Shown: piece by piece, positions 24,850 through 37,688 of the stretch | Position numbering within the stretch: position 1 is the stretch's first letter | How the letters are laid out: each line of letters starts with the position of its first letter | NCBI GenBank assembly: GCA_030141605.1 | Contig: JAQGDQ010000301.1 | Coordinates: 186,001 to 250,000, forward strand | Direction: 5' to 3' | Source of the DNA: Tubiluchus corallicola | Taxonomy: Eukaryota > Animalia > Priapulida | DNA: 64,000 nt | The notes under the pieces: model-generated | The model's database searches: none | The model's input: only the letters and a program-made list of their open reading frames with translations | Told to the model about the DNA's origin: nothing | Made by a program: the position numbers and the translations under genes

Positions 24850-25330
24850 GTAGTGAATTGTAAACTTTAAAACATTTATTAAACCATGTTGAACAACTCT
24901 GTATTCGTTATGATATCAAACCCAATTCTGTTTGGGGATTGCCTATCCACGAACTCATGAAACATTTTTTCACGTAACTGTTTTGTACATGTATCCATCA
25001 AAATATTTGAACAAGCAAAAATGTTTGAACAAGCATCCCACAAAAAATGGATGTAATCAAAGCAACACAGACTCGTTAAACTCGCACGCCTTATCCACAC
25101 CGCACACTACCACACCACATCCGGAGTCTCAGGAGGAAGCTCACCAGGATTTGCATTTCCGCTGGTCTTCCTCAATGCTCAAAGTTTTATCATATTCTGG
25201 CCACTTGTAAGGAATTGCTATATATGTATATTATTTGTTTTATCAAATTGATTGTTTGCAGTGTCAGTATAGTTCATTATTGGAATTGCATTTATGTCTT
25301 ACTTCTTGTTTTATATCTAATAAATAAAAA
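24850..25330 (+). mobile_element. Degenerate LINE 3' remnant (tentative)
   Basis: Forward translation HIRSLRRKLTRICISA resembles the R..LTR.RISAH segment of LINE ORF2 C-termini; an A-rich tail follows near 25320. Confidence 0.35.
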
Positions 25331-25599
25331 ATAATATCTTAATTCAGCCTTGTTAGCAAATAGCATGCCCTCTGTTTGTCCATCAAACAACTCTAGGGAC
25401 TCACAGGTCTTTACTGCTACATTCACAAACTAATGATATAGAAAAAAGTACCAAAAAGTAGCACCTAGCTTAGAGAAAAAAATCTTGGCATGGTGTTCAC
25501 AGCAAAAAGTTACACTTGTAAACACCAGTTTTGATATGACTGTTTAAATTCTCTGTTATAATATTCAAAACCATTAAAAAATATAAAATAAGCACTTAC

Positions 25600-25707
25600 A
25601 ATATGGTTTGCATCATGCTTATCACAGAAACCAATGTCAACCGTCTTACTCACGCAGATTTCATAACACAGTTTTCCTACAGACTGATGCTTCAGGTAGC
25701 TGTCACA
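25600..25707 (-). CDS. DIPK1A: DIPK1/FAM69-like gene, coding exon 2
   Basis: CDSYLKHQSVGKLCYEIC matches the FAM69 N-terminal C..Y....G.LC..LC motif; tttcag/gtaagt boundaries. Confidence 0.85.
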
Positions 25708-27169
25708 CTGAAACAGATGCAAGATACAATTTTATTTACAAATATCAGTTTACGCAATAGTTGTTTGTTTCACGTTTCATGTAAAGGTATTTAAGTTTAG
25801 GGCATTAAATCTGACATTATTAAAATATCACAGGGTAAATATTAACTATAGAAAGGATGATTTTAAGCAAAGTTTTGCCGAGCCTGTCTTGTTCACATGT
25901 GTTTACCTCATAACTTTTAGCTAGGCCAGCATCTTACTATCACCATAATCTTGTCATAAACAAAGGCTTTGTTAAGTCTTACAAGAAAAAATGATGATGC
26001 AGAGCATCAAACACTGTCATCTATATATCGCCAAGCAGCAAAACATCACGTTTGCGGCATAGCTATGATTTAATTGACTATTTGTATATTTAATTATAGG
26101 AAGTGACAAATCATTGACATTTGCTTTTTAGTTTTACATTTATCAAAAATTTGTATGTAATAATGTGGTGCTTAATGCTAGATAAAGTACTTATTATATA
26201 ATTAATCTAAAATGTTGTTCAGCAGTTAGCAGAGACAATGTGACCTACATTAAATGTACAAATTACAAATTAAAATTTAGTCATTATTTTTGCTAATTAC
26301 TTGCATAATGAACACACATCTTAAAAGCTGCAGACAACACAGAATAGTAATGATTTTCTAAAGTCATATACAAGTGTGTTATAGTGGTGTGAGGAAAAAG
26401 TTGTACTGTCATGGTGGATGGCTAAAATGGTCAGCAAACCAAAGGTGACCATCGATAGAACGTCCATGTGGCTATATCTGTAATACTTGACCTGATTATT
26501 TGCTTATGCACCTAATGACTAAACCACTTCCATAATTTTGGTGTCTCATCATAGATGATTGTACTTGGTAATGAACAAACTCTGATTTAGTGATTTTACC
26601 ATTTCATCTTTTCTAAGTAGAACCTACCAGTGAAAGTAGAACGGCAAGTCGTATCAAAACATAATTCAATGAACTGTAGTTGCTCTCAGTTTTCTACAGT
26701 TCTAGTTTAATTGCATAAGTATTAAAAATGCATTTGGGCCATGATAGCAAAATGTCTCTTCCCAGACATTCTTAATGCAATCCCTGCAATAGTCCAAGGG
26801 CGATTTCCTAATTTTTTACATATGTGTAAGCCGCAAAACTCTAACATAAAAATATTAATCATTCATAACCAAATACTAGAAAAAAATTAAGAATGTACTG
26901 AAAAATACTGTTCAAGCCCCTAAAAAAATTAATAAGAAAAAATCAACTCACACCTTACTGTCATTATCAACATTCACCCAGTAGTCTGTAGTCAGTGGCA
27001 GATCAAAACCTCTCATGCACTTACATCACAGCAACAAATTAAAACCCAGTTAAACACAAAAAAACTCAAATCACAAATGCAACATGCCTTTCAAGCGCCC
27101 AATTTTAATTTTTCCAGACGTTTAATATTTTACATAAAACTATTTTTTGTAAATATTGGAAATATGTGA

Positions 27170-27620
27170 AAGGATAAGAAAAGGGGTACCTGAATTAGGC
27201 TTCAGAAAAATTGCCTTAAAAATATACGAATATGACGCACATGATTGCATATGACGTCATATATGCAAAACGTAAAACAGGGGAAGAAATGGTAAATGTT
27301 AAACTATGTCCCAAAAACTTTTCATGCAAAGTTATGTTACTTAGCATTTCCTTTACCTGTTGGAAAGACTTACTTAACTAGAAAAGAAAATTGTTAATTA
27401 CAATGCTTTAAAATGGTTTCACCAGTTGTTAAAATGTCGCTGACTCACCTTCTAGGGTGCACCACTTAATAACCAAAAACATATTTTAATCTTATTGACA
27501 AGATACAGTACTTAATTTAAAATATTACTTAGTTAGTGAAGTGCAAAAAGGCAGTATGTAAGAAGCAAAAAATTTCAAAACGAATTTCTTAAGCTTTATG
27601 TAAGTAGAGGGCTTTCTTGT
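27170..27620 (+). mobile_element. Kolobok-like non-autonomous element, copy B
   Basis: Diverged copy of 22138-22620 (ggggaagaaa...ttacttagcatttc...cttattgacaagatac). Confidence 0.65.
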
Positions 27621-27860
27621 GCTATAAGTACTCTGAACTATGTGAATACGTATTTATGTTATTAACTACAGCTTCACTCATGCTTTTAATTGTAAATTCA
27701 TTTTATTATATGATAACACTATTGCCCACACCAGTGGAAACAATGGTTATACCATCAAATTTTGAATGGTTAGTTTACTGTTCAATGATGTATAATTTTT
27801 ATAGCAATAAAGAATTTTATTATTTTGATATTATTATAAACCTTCTAACTTTTCACTTAC

Positions 27861-27998
27861 TACGTCTTGCAGAACTGCAGCTTTATTACATGGATCAACA
27901 GCAAAGTATTCATAAAGCAACCAAAGTGCCGTAAATAAATTAACTGTCAGTGTTGTTGCTACAAATGGGAGCGTGGTGCAGAAACGCCTGCACCTCAT
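27861..27998 (-). CDS. DIPK1A: DIPK1/FAM69-like gene, coding exon 1 (type II signal anchor)
   Basis: MRCRRFCTTLPFVATTLTVNLFTALWLLYEYFAVDPCNKAAVLQDV followed by gtaagt. Exon acceptor at 28075/28074. The spliced product is ~421 aa. Confidence 0.75.
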
Positions 27999-29305
27999 CG
28001 TCTCTTCACAAGCTTTCTGTCACAAGGCAGGCTTATTCTCCCTGTCACCATCGCTGCCCCTCATGGTGCAGAGCCTGAAATGTTGTTTGGATAAATTTAC
28101 TTATCTGCAAACTTTTTAATTAAACGAAGCCATTTCAAGCACATATTACTGTGACCAATTCTGTATTTGTTTTGTTGAAATTCGTGTTCAGTCACTTGTA
28201 TCAAAAATTTTGGTAAATGATGGATCTCGCCTTCCAATAGCTATGAGCCTATGACAACTGGCTGCGAATCCAAAACTATCTCGTTCAAATCCGACTCAGT
28301 TTTGATTTTTTAACACTTCCTTAGTTTAATTTTGTTCTCAGAAATTAATACTTTAGATGCTTATTCCATGCCTAACTACTTTGTATTTTGCTGCCATGGT
28401 CCTATGATCTAACCAGCTTATAAAATTTGGAAATATCATAATAAATGACAGGCATTTACACAGAAATTAAATTTTGATCATTTCTGCTTCTTACGCATGA
28501 CTGGATGTTATGGCTATTTCTAAGGGAATAATTGTTTCATACAAATGAAAATCAAAATAGGTCACAGAAAAATGTTCACAAAACAACATAGTGAAGTGGT
28601 CCATATTAGTCTGGAACTCTACAGTATTGGTTAAAACCGTTTTTTAAACCAGGTGCCTAGACAGGTTATGAGTTCATATAGGTGTAATGCATAACTTATG
28701 TCTGACTTTCCCTTGAATCAGCAAGTAAGCAAGAATAATTTGGGTTCTATGGCTTCTGTGCAGATTTTGCCATCTTATAATATTAACACATTCAAAAGGA
28801 AACAGTGCAACGACCAAGTAAAATACTGATAATTGTTATTATTGATAATTTCACATTAAATTTCACTTTAATCACGATCTGCTACACTGTCATTTACTTC
28901 TTTTTGAAGCTAAATGCAAATCAATATAATACAAATGTTAAATTTTAGTAAGTCGAACATCTGAACGCGTTATTATTATAAGAGGACAAAATCTCCACTG
29001 AAGCCAAAGTAAGATAACAGTAATGCATCCGCTCTTTATTGAATCTTACACGGAAATGCAGTTTTTAGAAAAAAAACATAGGAGCTCGAGGGAACAACTT
29101 TATCCAGTGGAACACACCACGGAAAGTAGAGGAATTAGACATTCTCAAAGAACGTATACGTGGCGAGAGATCACAGTCATAGATAAAGAAATGGCTAAAG
29201 TAATTACATTTACACTAATGGCATTGGTCACAATCACGTCAGGTGCATAGGAATGCAATGCAGTATAGTAGACATTCGTCAAAGTGTATGTTCGTTCGAG
29301 GAGTC

Positions 29306-29570
29306 CAGTGTTGTACTCAGGTATTTCACGTGGAGTTCCAAGTCCTTAGGATTCAAACCCGAGTCAAGTCTGGAGTCGCTGTGGCCCAAATCCGTGTCAG
29401 GATTTGACTCACTGCGGCCAAGTCTGAGTAAAGTCTCTATTGTCACTGTGGCCCAGTTTGTGTCAACTCTTAAGTCACTGACATCTGAGTACAAATCGAG
29501 TCTGAATCTAAAGCAAATTGCGACTTGAGTCAGACTTGAGTCCAAATCTGAGACTTGAGTACTAAAACAG
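29306..29570. mobile_element. hAT-type MITE with gagtc/gactc subterminal repeats
   Basis: Begins cagtgttgtactca and ends tgagtactaaaacag; many (c)gagtc(c)aagtc and gacttgagt motifs inside. Confidence 0.65.
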
Positions 29571-30432
29571 CTTTTGAGGACAAAGAGAAATTACTGGTTT
29601 TTTATCAAGTTTAATGTAACTACTTCCATTGTAGGGCTAAATTACTTCTCTTCTGACTAACTCGTCTATGCTGCACTATTATTAAGGGAACATGGATATA
29701 TGTGGGCATTTGCAGAAGTTAAACGAACCATGCAAGAATGAAATGCAAAAGTATCGTTCTTTTTTCACCTCATTGCGAATTGCTGGAAACCTGAGATTTA
29801 CAGCTACCGTTGCAAAGTCGTTAAGGTTTTTAAAGAGCAAATTGAGGGCTTCATGATAGCTAACATTTAAAAGCAAATATATTCGAATGACGATAAAGAA
29901 TTAGATGCATGTTTGCATACGTAAGTCATAGTACAAATTTTTACTAAATTAACAATGATTAAGCTTATGACCTCCAATATCATCATCATTACATTCCCAT
30001 TATGTCTAATGTAGTAAGTAATTTATTTGTCTCTAAATTTTGCACAAAATGAAAATAAACAAAAGCAAAAAAACTGTAATAGAAATGGAAAGGATTGGGG
30101 TGGTGAAAAGACCAACAGTCAGGCAGATACTGGGTAATTATAGGTGTTGGGCAGGAAACTCTGTTCTCAAGACAGGTAAACACAGTATTAACCAACAAAA
30201 AATTAGACACTGCTATGCCTGTGGCTTGTCAGCATGACTTTTGTTTCACATCGCAATATACAAAAAGTATTTTTAAACATCATAAATTAAACAAGGATGA
30301 GTTGGTTTCCAAGAGAGAGAGTTTTCACGTTAGAAAAGCTTATAGTGAGAACACCACTGACTGTGTTTGCTAGTTTCATGCATTGTAACATTGCCACTTT
30401 CACTAGTTCTAATTCCATATCTATACCTAGGG

Positions 30433-30987
30433 CAGAGATGGGCGGATAGCAGATTTGCATAGTGAATTATGTACAGACTGCGGATTTTTAATGCCTAAAG
30501 TCGCGAAATTTTGGCGAAATTGCAGCATGCAAAAATCACTTATGTAAGGTAAATTTTCAAGTGTATGAAAAACGTTTAACCAATTTCAGTTCTATAAGCA
30601 TTCCACATTCCATTACACATTAAACACATTTCATCACTACTTTATTTTAAGATGTTCTCATCGCCACTTGCTTTTTTGCTGCTGCTCAAGCCTATTATGG
30701 TTTGTGGTGTGGTATGGTGGGCATGATACGGTTGAATGATGTACTATGCGGAGTTAGTTGTTGTTAAGAGTTTACAAGCAAAATTGGGGTCTGGCTAGTA
30801 AATTATTATTGATTCGCGATTATCACTCCTGGCTTCATACTAAAAAAACGGTTTTTAACAATACGGCACACGTAGCAAGCCTAGTTGTTGCTTACATTTT
30901 TGAGGATACTCAAATTTCACTCAATCCCCGGATACGTACAGTTGCGATTTTGGGGGTAAACGAAAAAGTGATAAAGGCCCGTCTCCG
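30433..30987. mobile_element. hAT-type MITE
   Basis: TIRs cagagatgggc / gcccgtctccg; flanking 8-mers acctaggg and acttacgg (6/8 identical) fit a decayed 8-bp TSD. Confidence 0.6.
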
Positions 30988-32219
30988 ACTTACGGACCTC
31001 TCAAATCTGTGTAGCTGAATGGCGTACTATACGTGTGTTTTTTTAATGTTTATGCAATGCTATATACTTTTTTAAACGTATGATACAAATTTAAAATAAA
31101 AAAATAATAGTCACTTTTCCAAGAAGTTTCACCTTAAGTGTAAACTATCGTGAAATTTTTGAGTTAAATAGTTGTGAGGAAAAAAGTTAATACCAACGAA
31201 ATAACTAATGTCTTCTGTGAAATTTCTACCAAATATACACAAATCTCAAACATCGTCTCAAAGGAGCGGCCATGTTCTGTTAACGCACATAAACCCCGAG
31301 TTAACGCACAGTTAAGCGTTGCATTAGATTGCATCTCATTACGACTCGCAAAACAGAAATTATGATTGTAACAGTTACTTGTTGTAGGATTGGTCTGAAA
31401 GTTGGGGTATCATACGTTTTTTATGTTGTTTACGGCTCTCTATGTTGAATGTATAGTGCAGGCACTATAATTGTGTACACTAAACAGCTGGATGTCAAAT
31501 AATTAATATGAGGGAAGTTTATTAAAAGAGCAGGTGTTACTTACAAGTACAAGTAGTCAATTCCATAAAGATAATAAGGCAAGCGTGTACACATCTAACC
31601 ATTAAGTATAACATAATGATCTTATCTAAGTGTTCTGCTTTCATGGCATTTAAAAGTGATACCTACATCATAATTATTATCATCACAATAATTCTGCGTA
31701 CAAGTAATATTACTTGGGAGTTCAAGAAAGTGCTAACTGGAATTTCTAGTGTTTATGCATTCTATGCATATTAACTTGATGATCTAACTGTACTCATTAC
31801 TAAACACTTTCATGCTAGTCTAATCATAACCCACTGTAAAGTAAATGCTATAATTCTCATCTAGCTTCTCAGAACTCAAGTTCCACACATCTTGCCAGTA
31901 TTAAACTTTCCCAGTTGTCTTCTTCGGACCTCCTGAAGTCAGCATGCTGGAATTTCACAGTGTTCACTTTGCTAGTTAAGGAGCAGGCTGATTCAGCACT
32001 GAGATCTTCACATCGCCATGAATTTTTATTTTCGATATTACGAACAAGCTCTGGTACAACGTAATAAACTTCGGTCATCTATAATTCGTGCAATAAAATC
32101 ATAGGCAACAATTTCCCAATAATAACTTTACTTGAAAAGCTGAGGTGAGAAATGAAACATAGCACACTCTATATGGGTTTCCAAATAGAGCTAGTCATGG
32201 TCATCTCAAAGTTGTTTAT

Positions 32220-32470
32220 ATAATTCAAAAATAAGAACCCAAAATGGTCCCAAAATGGAACGTTGAGGGACTCAGGTTGTGAGAGAAATAGTTGTAGATG
32301 GTGTACTACTAATGGCAACTGCCTGTTAACGGTTCATTAAGAATGTCTAATCCACTCCAGGCAGAGACCCTTGATGTCATAAACTGGCTTAGTTAATAAA
32401 TTTGCCTTCGATGTGGGACAACATCAAAGGCCTTGCAAAAGTCTAAAAGTACAGCAACCAACAGGCATCA
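32220..32470 (-). pseudogene. LINE (CR1/L2 group) reverse transcriptase fragment
   Basis: Minus strand reads LDFCKAFDVVPHR and (G)VPQRSILGP, i.e. the LDFSKAFD and GVPQGSILGP RT motifs. Confidence 0.75.
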
Positions 32471-34279
32471 ACTGCTATTTATTCTATTTCCGTAGCCTGA
32501 CAAACGGAAAAATACAAAAGCTGAATAAATATTGCAGACGAGCACATGATCAGTTAGTATAGAAAAATACATCGCAGGCTTGATGTTCGTATGTCTAAAG
32601 GCAAGAGAGACTTAATATTTTTGTGGCTCATTTATTGTAAAGCAAAGCTAACTGGCTTAGTTTCTTTATTATACTTATGTCTCTGTATTTTGCAGTGCTT
32701 TGAAAATTCGTCTCTACATTCTGTTTAAATTGAAAAGTCATTTTTTGGCTACTTGAAGTGTTAATTTCGTTTAAAGATAGCTGCTGCTCTGCATATTTGT
32801 GTTTATATTAGACGTTAGTTGTGACTGTCATGTTGTTTAGTTTAATTTAAACAGTTGTCCTGCGTGAGCTGCGTGTCCCGATTGCTGCTGAGCGTGCTTA
32901 CGTTACAGTGAGGGCGAGCGATAGACCAATACATTTGACGTCAATTAACATGACCTAACCATAAAATTCATGGTAATACATGAAATTTATTCATCTATAA
33001 ATTAAGTGGTTTAACTCGTCCAAACTAAGGTCTAATATCTTAGGCAGTCTTATAGAGTAGAGATGTGTGTCAGCTGGTGGTCACCGCTATCTGCAGTGGT
33101 TATTGACATCCTGAACGTGCGCTTGACGGAAAGCTTCTACGTGCTCATTATCAATTACATGTATTTGCACAGAACTTATATTCAAGCAGGCTGCACAACT
33201 GATTGTTGTGCAGTGCCTTATACCTGTTCGGTACGTGGCACTTATATGAAAACGAGGAGAATAATTCTAGGAGAATAATTTTTTCTAAAATGTTACGCCA
33301 GTCAAACTTTGGCGCCCTAGGCTATAGCCTAGTTAGCCTATTAGTTAATACGCACCAGGTCAAACCCTACCAACTTAACCAATCAGCGTCTTTTTATATC
33401 TGACTGATCAGTATTAGGGTGAATAAATGTTAAAAAACTCTTCTTCCTGCCGAAAAAGCAGACCCTGCCGGAAGGTATATATGCGGGCCATAACGGTCAC
33501 TTTGGCCCTGGACGCTCTTTTAGATGCTCAACTTCCGTGTCTCTTCTTATGGCATTAACTGGACTTCGTACCACAAATAATTCACGCAACTATTACTTGG
33601 ATGTTATAAAGTGTTTTACTCTATAATCAAACCATAAAAGTTATTACTTCTTATGTTATTTATTCCTTTCTTTTGATATATGAGAAACTATTTGTAATTT
33701 GCAGATGTAATTTGCAGATTAAATGATAATGCTACTGAAAAGCAGTACACTCAATTCAAAAACAGGTTTTGACATTTTCTAGATGTTTAGGCGCAGTCAT
33801 AATTAGATCGCAAGAGAGAATTAATCCATATCGAACGCGTTTCAATCTTGAGGCGCATGATTGAAGCAGTGACTCGAAGAACTCGCTCAGGATCCTCAAA
33901 CACATCTTGCAAATGTTTCAAAAGCTTATCAGTTGAACACAGATCAATGGCATTTCATCTTCTTAGCGTCCACTTTGTCTTACATGGTAGCTCCAATGCC
34001 GACTTTTTCAGGTCACTGCTTCGATTACACCCCCAAGATTCAATGCTGTGCGAGATATACGGGGCTTTCACTAAATGTTGAGGGTGTGATAGATTTACAA
34101 GTGAAAACATTTGAATAACGCCATCTTGTAAAGCAAATTCTTTTTAGAACATGCGAACCCATTGCCTTACTCGCGGTTATCGATTAATGTTCTAAATTAT
34201 TAGATTATTGATAAATGATAAAATTTAAACTAAGTGCTAATACACTGTACTGCAAATTACTGCAGTATCTTCATTAATA

Positions 34280-34840
34280 TCATTACTATCATTAATATGA
34301 ATGACTTGTATTGTTTCATTAAGGAATGTCAACTCTATAGAATTGTTGATGATAATACCATAGTAGCTCTGCAAAAAGTATTGACGATCTTGTAAAGTTC
34401 TTAGAATCTGATATAGAGATTTGCGTAAAATGCTTTAACGAAATTCATATGTGTCAATTCTGAAAAGTTCCAGTCTATTGTGCTTGGTATAATAACGTGA
34501 TGACGTAGGTTTTAGTTTTGAAGATGTAAACATTAAACCTGAAACATCCGTAAAGCTGTTAGGTGTAAACACCGATTTTAAACGTACTTTTGACAGTCAT
34601 ATTGAAGAACTCTGCAGAAAGGTTGCTAAACAAATAAATGTATTAGAAAGGCTGTCAACATGTCTTAATAAAGATAGTCGTATGACCCTTTTTCGGTCAT
34701 TTTTCTCTTGTGGTTTGTGTAAAACAGAGATAAAGTGTAACAAATCTTAACTATTGTAACCTGGTTTGCTATGCTTTGAGTGCTAAATGTGCCCAGAAAC
34801 TTCAGGAAAGACCTGTTGCGTACGTTGCGCATCACTTCTA
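34280..34840 (+). pseudogene. LINE (CR1 group) reverse transcriptase fragment
   Basis: INMNDL...IVDDNT (YADD-like), KLLGVNTDFKRTFDSHIEELCRKVAKQINVLERL, LNYC. Confidence 0.8.
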
Positions 34841-35787
34841 GATATACTACTAAATTAATCTCATTTAGACGTTTGTAATTTCAAAGGCAGAAAATACAGA
34901 AAGGTGGGAGAGTTATCAAGAAGGACCGAAGATAGGATAACGACGCAAACGTCCGGATTAATCTAGGAAAAGAAAGAAAAAGAGAAAATATTTAATCTTA
35001 TTTAAACTATTTTCATGTACTTAAGAATAAACTACGCATAACGCTTAGCAGAATGTAGTACTTCAATGTGTGTGTATTAAACATTTATAATTTGTCATTC
35101 CAGTGTTTCGGCAAATTTAAACTCTGCAATGAATGAAAACAAAATTATAATAAAAGTTAATTTAATTATAAGACATGGCTAATAAAACCTTTATTATCGC
35201 AACAACATAACCTTAACTTTCATGATTTCACTTCACGATAAGTAAAAGCATACACGTTTTTGAGCACAGTAGCACAGTTCTAGAAAACATTTTTTTTTAC
35301 ATTTAACAAAATACACTATAAGCAAAGATCTGATGTGTGTGTCAAACAGTCAACGTGTAAAGAACCGCACAGCTTATGTAAACTCTATGAAGAGGCCAAT
35401 TAACTGCTAATGTGTACGAAGCCAGGTGATTAAGCCAGCATAAGACTACAACAGATGTAATGACACCACAACAGCCGTACATAGATTAATTATGAGGAAC
35501 AGAAAATGATATGAAAATTACATGTATTTCAAGTAGAAGAAGAATATTTTGTAGGAGAAAAACTGTAAAGTTAATGAAAATTTAAAAATAAAAAATAATT
35601 ACAAAGACCTAGTGTTGAACATATGACCTATACGTCGTGACAAGAGCAATAAGATTTCTTTATAACGAGCATAATAGTAACTATAAGCAGCTTTTGTCAA
35701 AAGCCAATCTACCAACTTTGCACCTTGGCTGACTTACCTTCATCAATGTAATACAGTTGAAATAACACTTCTGACTCAATTTTTTCA

Positions 35788-36945
35788 TTAATTTTCATTT
35801 AGAGATAAGAAAACAAAGTCGACAACAGACATGCACCGTGCAAATTTTTTTAAGGAATTTTCAATTTGAAATGGAGTTTGAGCACGAAGGTTTTTCAGTT
35901 TTTCTGTTACAGAAACTTTAGTTTCATTAATGTGCACGGATTGGTAAAACTGAAACAAGTAAGAAAATGTCCATTTACATTTTTTCTCTTTTTTGTAAAA
36001 AGTTCCTAAAGCTCCATGTAAGATTCCTATGCCGTGCGTTTGAACAGAATTGCAGAATCCTTTAACGAAACCCTGTCCCCACCAGAAGTTCCAGTGACAG
36101 GGAAGAAAATACAGCCTTTCGGGATTTTCATGAAAGTACATATTGCAAGTGTTTTGTGGTAACAAACAATCAGTAAAAACTCTTTTAGCAGGCGAACACT
36201 CGCTAGTAATTTTAAATATTCGTATTATTTCCGTTTTCCAGTTCGAGTTTCGCATTTTCTTCAAGTCCAATAAAACTACTCCAGAATTTAAGCCTTTGTA
36301 GCGTCTAAGAAATGACTCTGATTTTTTATATTTGTTATAACGACGGTTAAGATAACGGCTACGATTATCGTAACGATGAAGTAAACGAGTGGTGTGCGGT
36401 CCAGACATATCAAACGCAATACCCATCATCTGAGTTTGTGACATATTTTCAAATTGGTGCCAGAGCTGTTCTAGTGGTTTCACCACAATTACGTCCAAAT
36501 CAATTGCCAAAATCTTGTCCACATTTGGTAAAACATCTGGAAGGAAAAGCCATGCTGTGTTGCAGCGTTTCTTTCCCGGGTTCAACCACTTGGTATAGTT
36601 TTCACTTGGGGGATACCAGGGGTGATAAAAGTTTGCTACAAATGTTTTCGTTTTATTCATTTCATTTAGCATTTCGATTGCTTGTTTCTTAACGTTATTG
36701 TTATCAATAAAAATGTGAAAGTTAATTAAAGCAGCTGTCGCAATGAGAGAGGATTTCACTACAACATTAAATTGTTCCAGAACACGTGTCTTATTATCAC
36801 AGGCTGTCAAAGCTACGTGAATAGTCAATCTTTGTCGCTCTCGTACAGCATATAAGTCGTGAGACGAATCCCAGAAAAAATTTATCATTAAAACTTGCAA
36901 CGAACCAGCAAACAAAAGACACAATAAAAAACATTTTAATTTCAT
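35788..36945 (-). CDS. GXYLT1: Glucoside xylosyltransferase (GXYLT/shams)-like GT8 protein, intronless, ~385 aa
   Basis: Signal anchor MKLKCFLLCLLFAGSLQVLMINFFW; motifs HVALTAC, VVKSSLI, FHIFID, LFLPDVLPNVDKILAIDLD (DxD), GLNSGVVLLDLKKMR, LPCHWNF, GILHG. Upstream in-frame ATGs also exist. Confidence 0.88.
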   Translation of the reverse strand: MKLKCFLLCLLFAGSLQVLMINFFWDSSHDLYAVRERQRLTIHVALTACDNKTRVLEQFNVVVKSSLIATAALINFHIFIDNNNVKKQAIEMLNEMNKTKTFVANFYHPWYPPSENYTKWLNPGKKRCNTAWLFLPDVLPNVDKILAIDLDVIVVKPLEQLWHQFENMSQTQMMGIAFDMSGPHTTRLLHRYDNRSRYLNRRYNKYKKSESFLRRYKGLNSGVVLLDLKKMRNSNWKTEIIRIFKITSECSPAKRVFTDCLLPQNTCNMYFHENPERLYFLPCHWNFWWGQGFVKGFCNSVQTHGIGILHGALGTFYKKEKKCKWTFSYLFQFYQSVHINETKVSVTEKLKNLRAQTPFQIENSLKKFARCMSVVDFVFLSLNEN

Positions 36946-37664
36946 CTCAAAACGTATGCAAAATCGTGAATGAAAATGACAGCTATTTGAGGATTCCGAC
37001 ATTGCTACTCTCATCAGCCTCATGTTCACAGTTTCAACAAGTTACATAATTCAGAAGTGCACAGCAAAAGTTAGCAAAAGTCACGTTAACGATGTTATAA
37101 CAACTCAAGTTCTCAAATTTACTACCAGTGAGCGAAATGAAAACTCTTCAGAAGATAAAAAGAGCCTCCGACAGCATGAATGATTAGTAGAACGCCAAAC
37201 GACACAGTGTGGTGAAGTTGAAACACCAACGTACACAATGGCACGAAATCTTATCATGAAGGAAGGAATCAAATAAACAGATGAGTCGGGCATCCTCCGC
37301 CTAAGGCTACTGCTAATGCGATCAACGAGTAAAAAATCGAGTAACTAAATTATGCGGGCCTGTGCACAGCGGCACTTCCGTGGCATTGCAGCAAAACTAG
37401 AGCAACAACTAACTAAGCCTGTGAATTGTATATAAATATATAAATGCAGTCGTAAAAATATGTCAGACGATTCAAGGGTTTAATTTACCTAGAAGAAGCA
37501 TTTCATTCCTATATCATAAGTTAATTTTCATAAAACCACAAACAAAACCAATAAAATGCATATTACGCTATAGCATGCAATCATGGAAATAAGCGTTTGA
37601 TTTTTTTTCTTTTATTGTAAAGCTATATTCATAAATATCTGATTAGCGTCTTGCATTAGTAACT

Positions 37665-37688
37665 AAGATTTTGCTATAGCAAAATCTT
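37665..37688. repeat. Perfect 24-bp palindrome, possibly the end of a Helentron/DINE-like element
   Basis: aagattttgctatagcaaaatctt equals its own reverse complement. Confidence 0.7.

Noticed and set aside
25143-25430. Candidate extra DIPK1 exons (micro-exon FVNVAVKT near 25401-25427 and IPYKWPEY... near 25145-25217)
   Set aside because: Their combined phase does not fit the phase-0 acceptor at 23748, direct splicing already gives a protein of family-typical length, and the second segment looks like LINE debris on the other strand.
28235-28300. tRNA-like B box (gttcaaatcc)
   Set aside because: No cloverleaf or A box can be built; at most a SINE-head remnant.
29279-29545. Overlapping 88-91 aa ORFs on both strands
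   Set aside because: Explained by the gagtc/gactc subterminal repeats of a MITE.
31860-32100. Possible LTR-retrotransposon integrase fragment on minus
   Set aside because: Too degenerate; no diagnostic motif could be confirmed.
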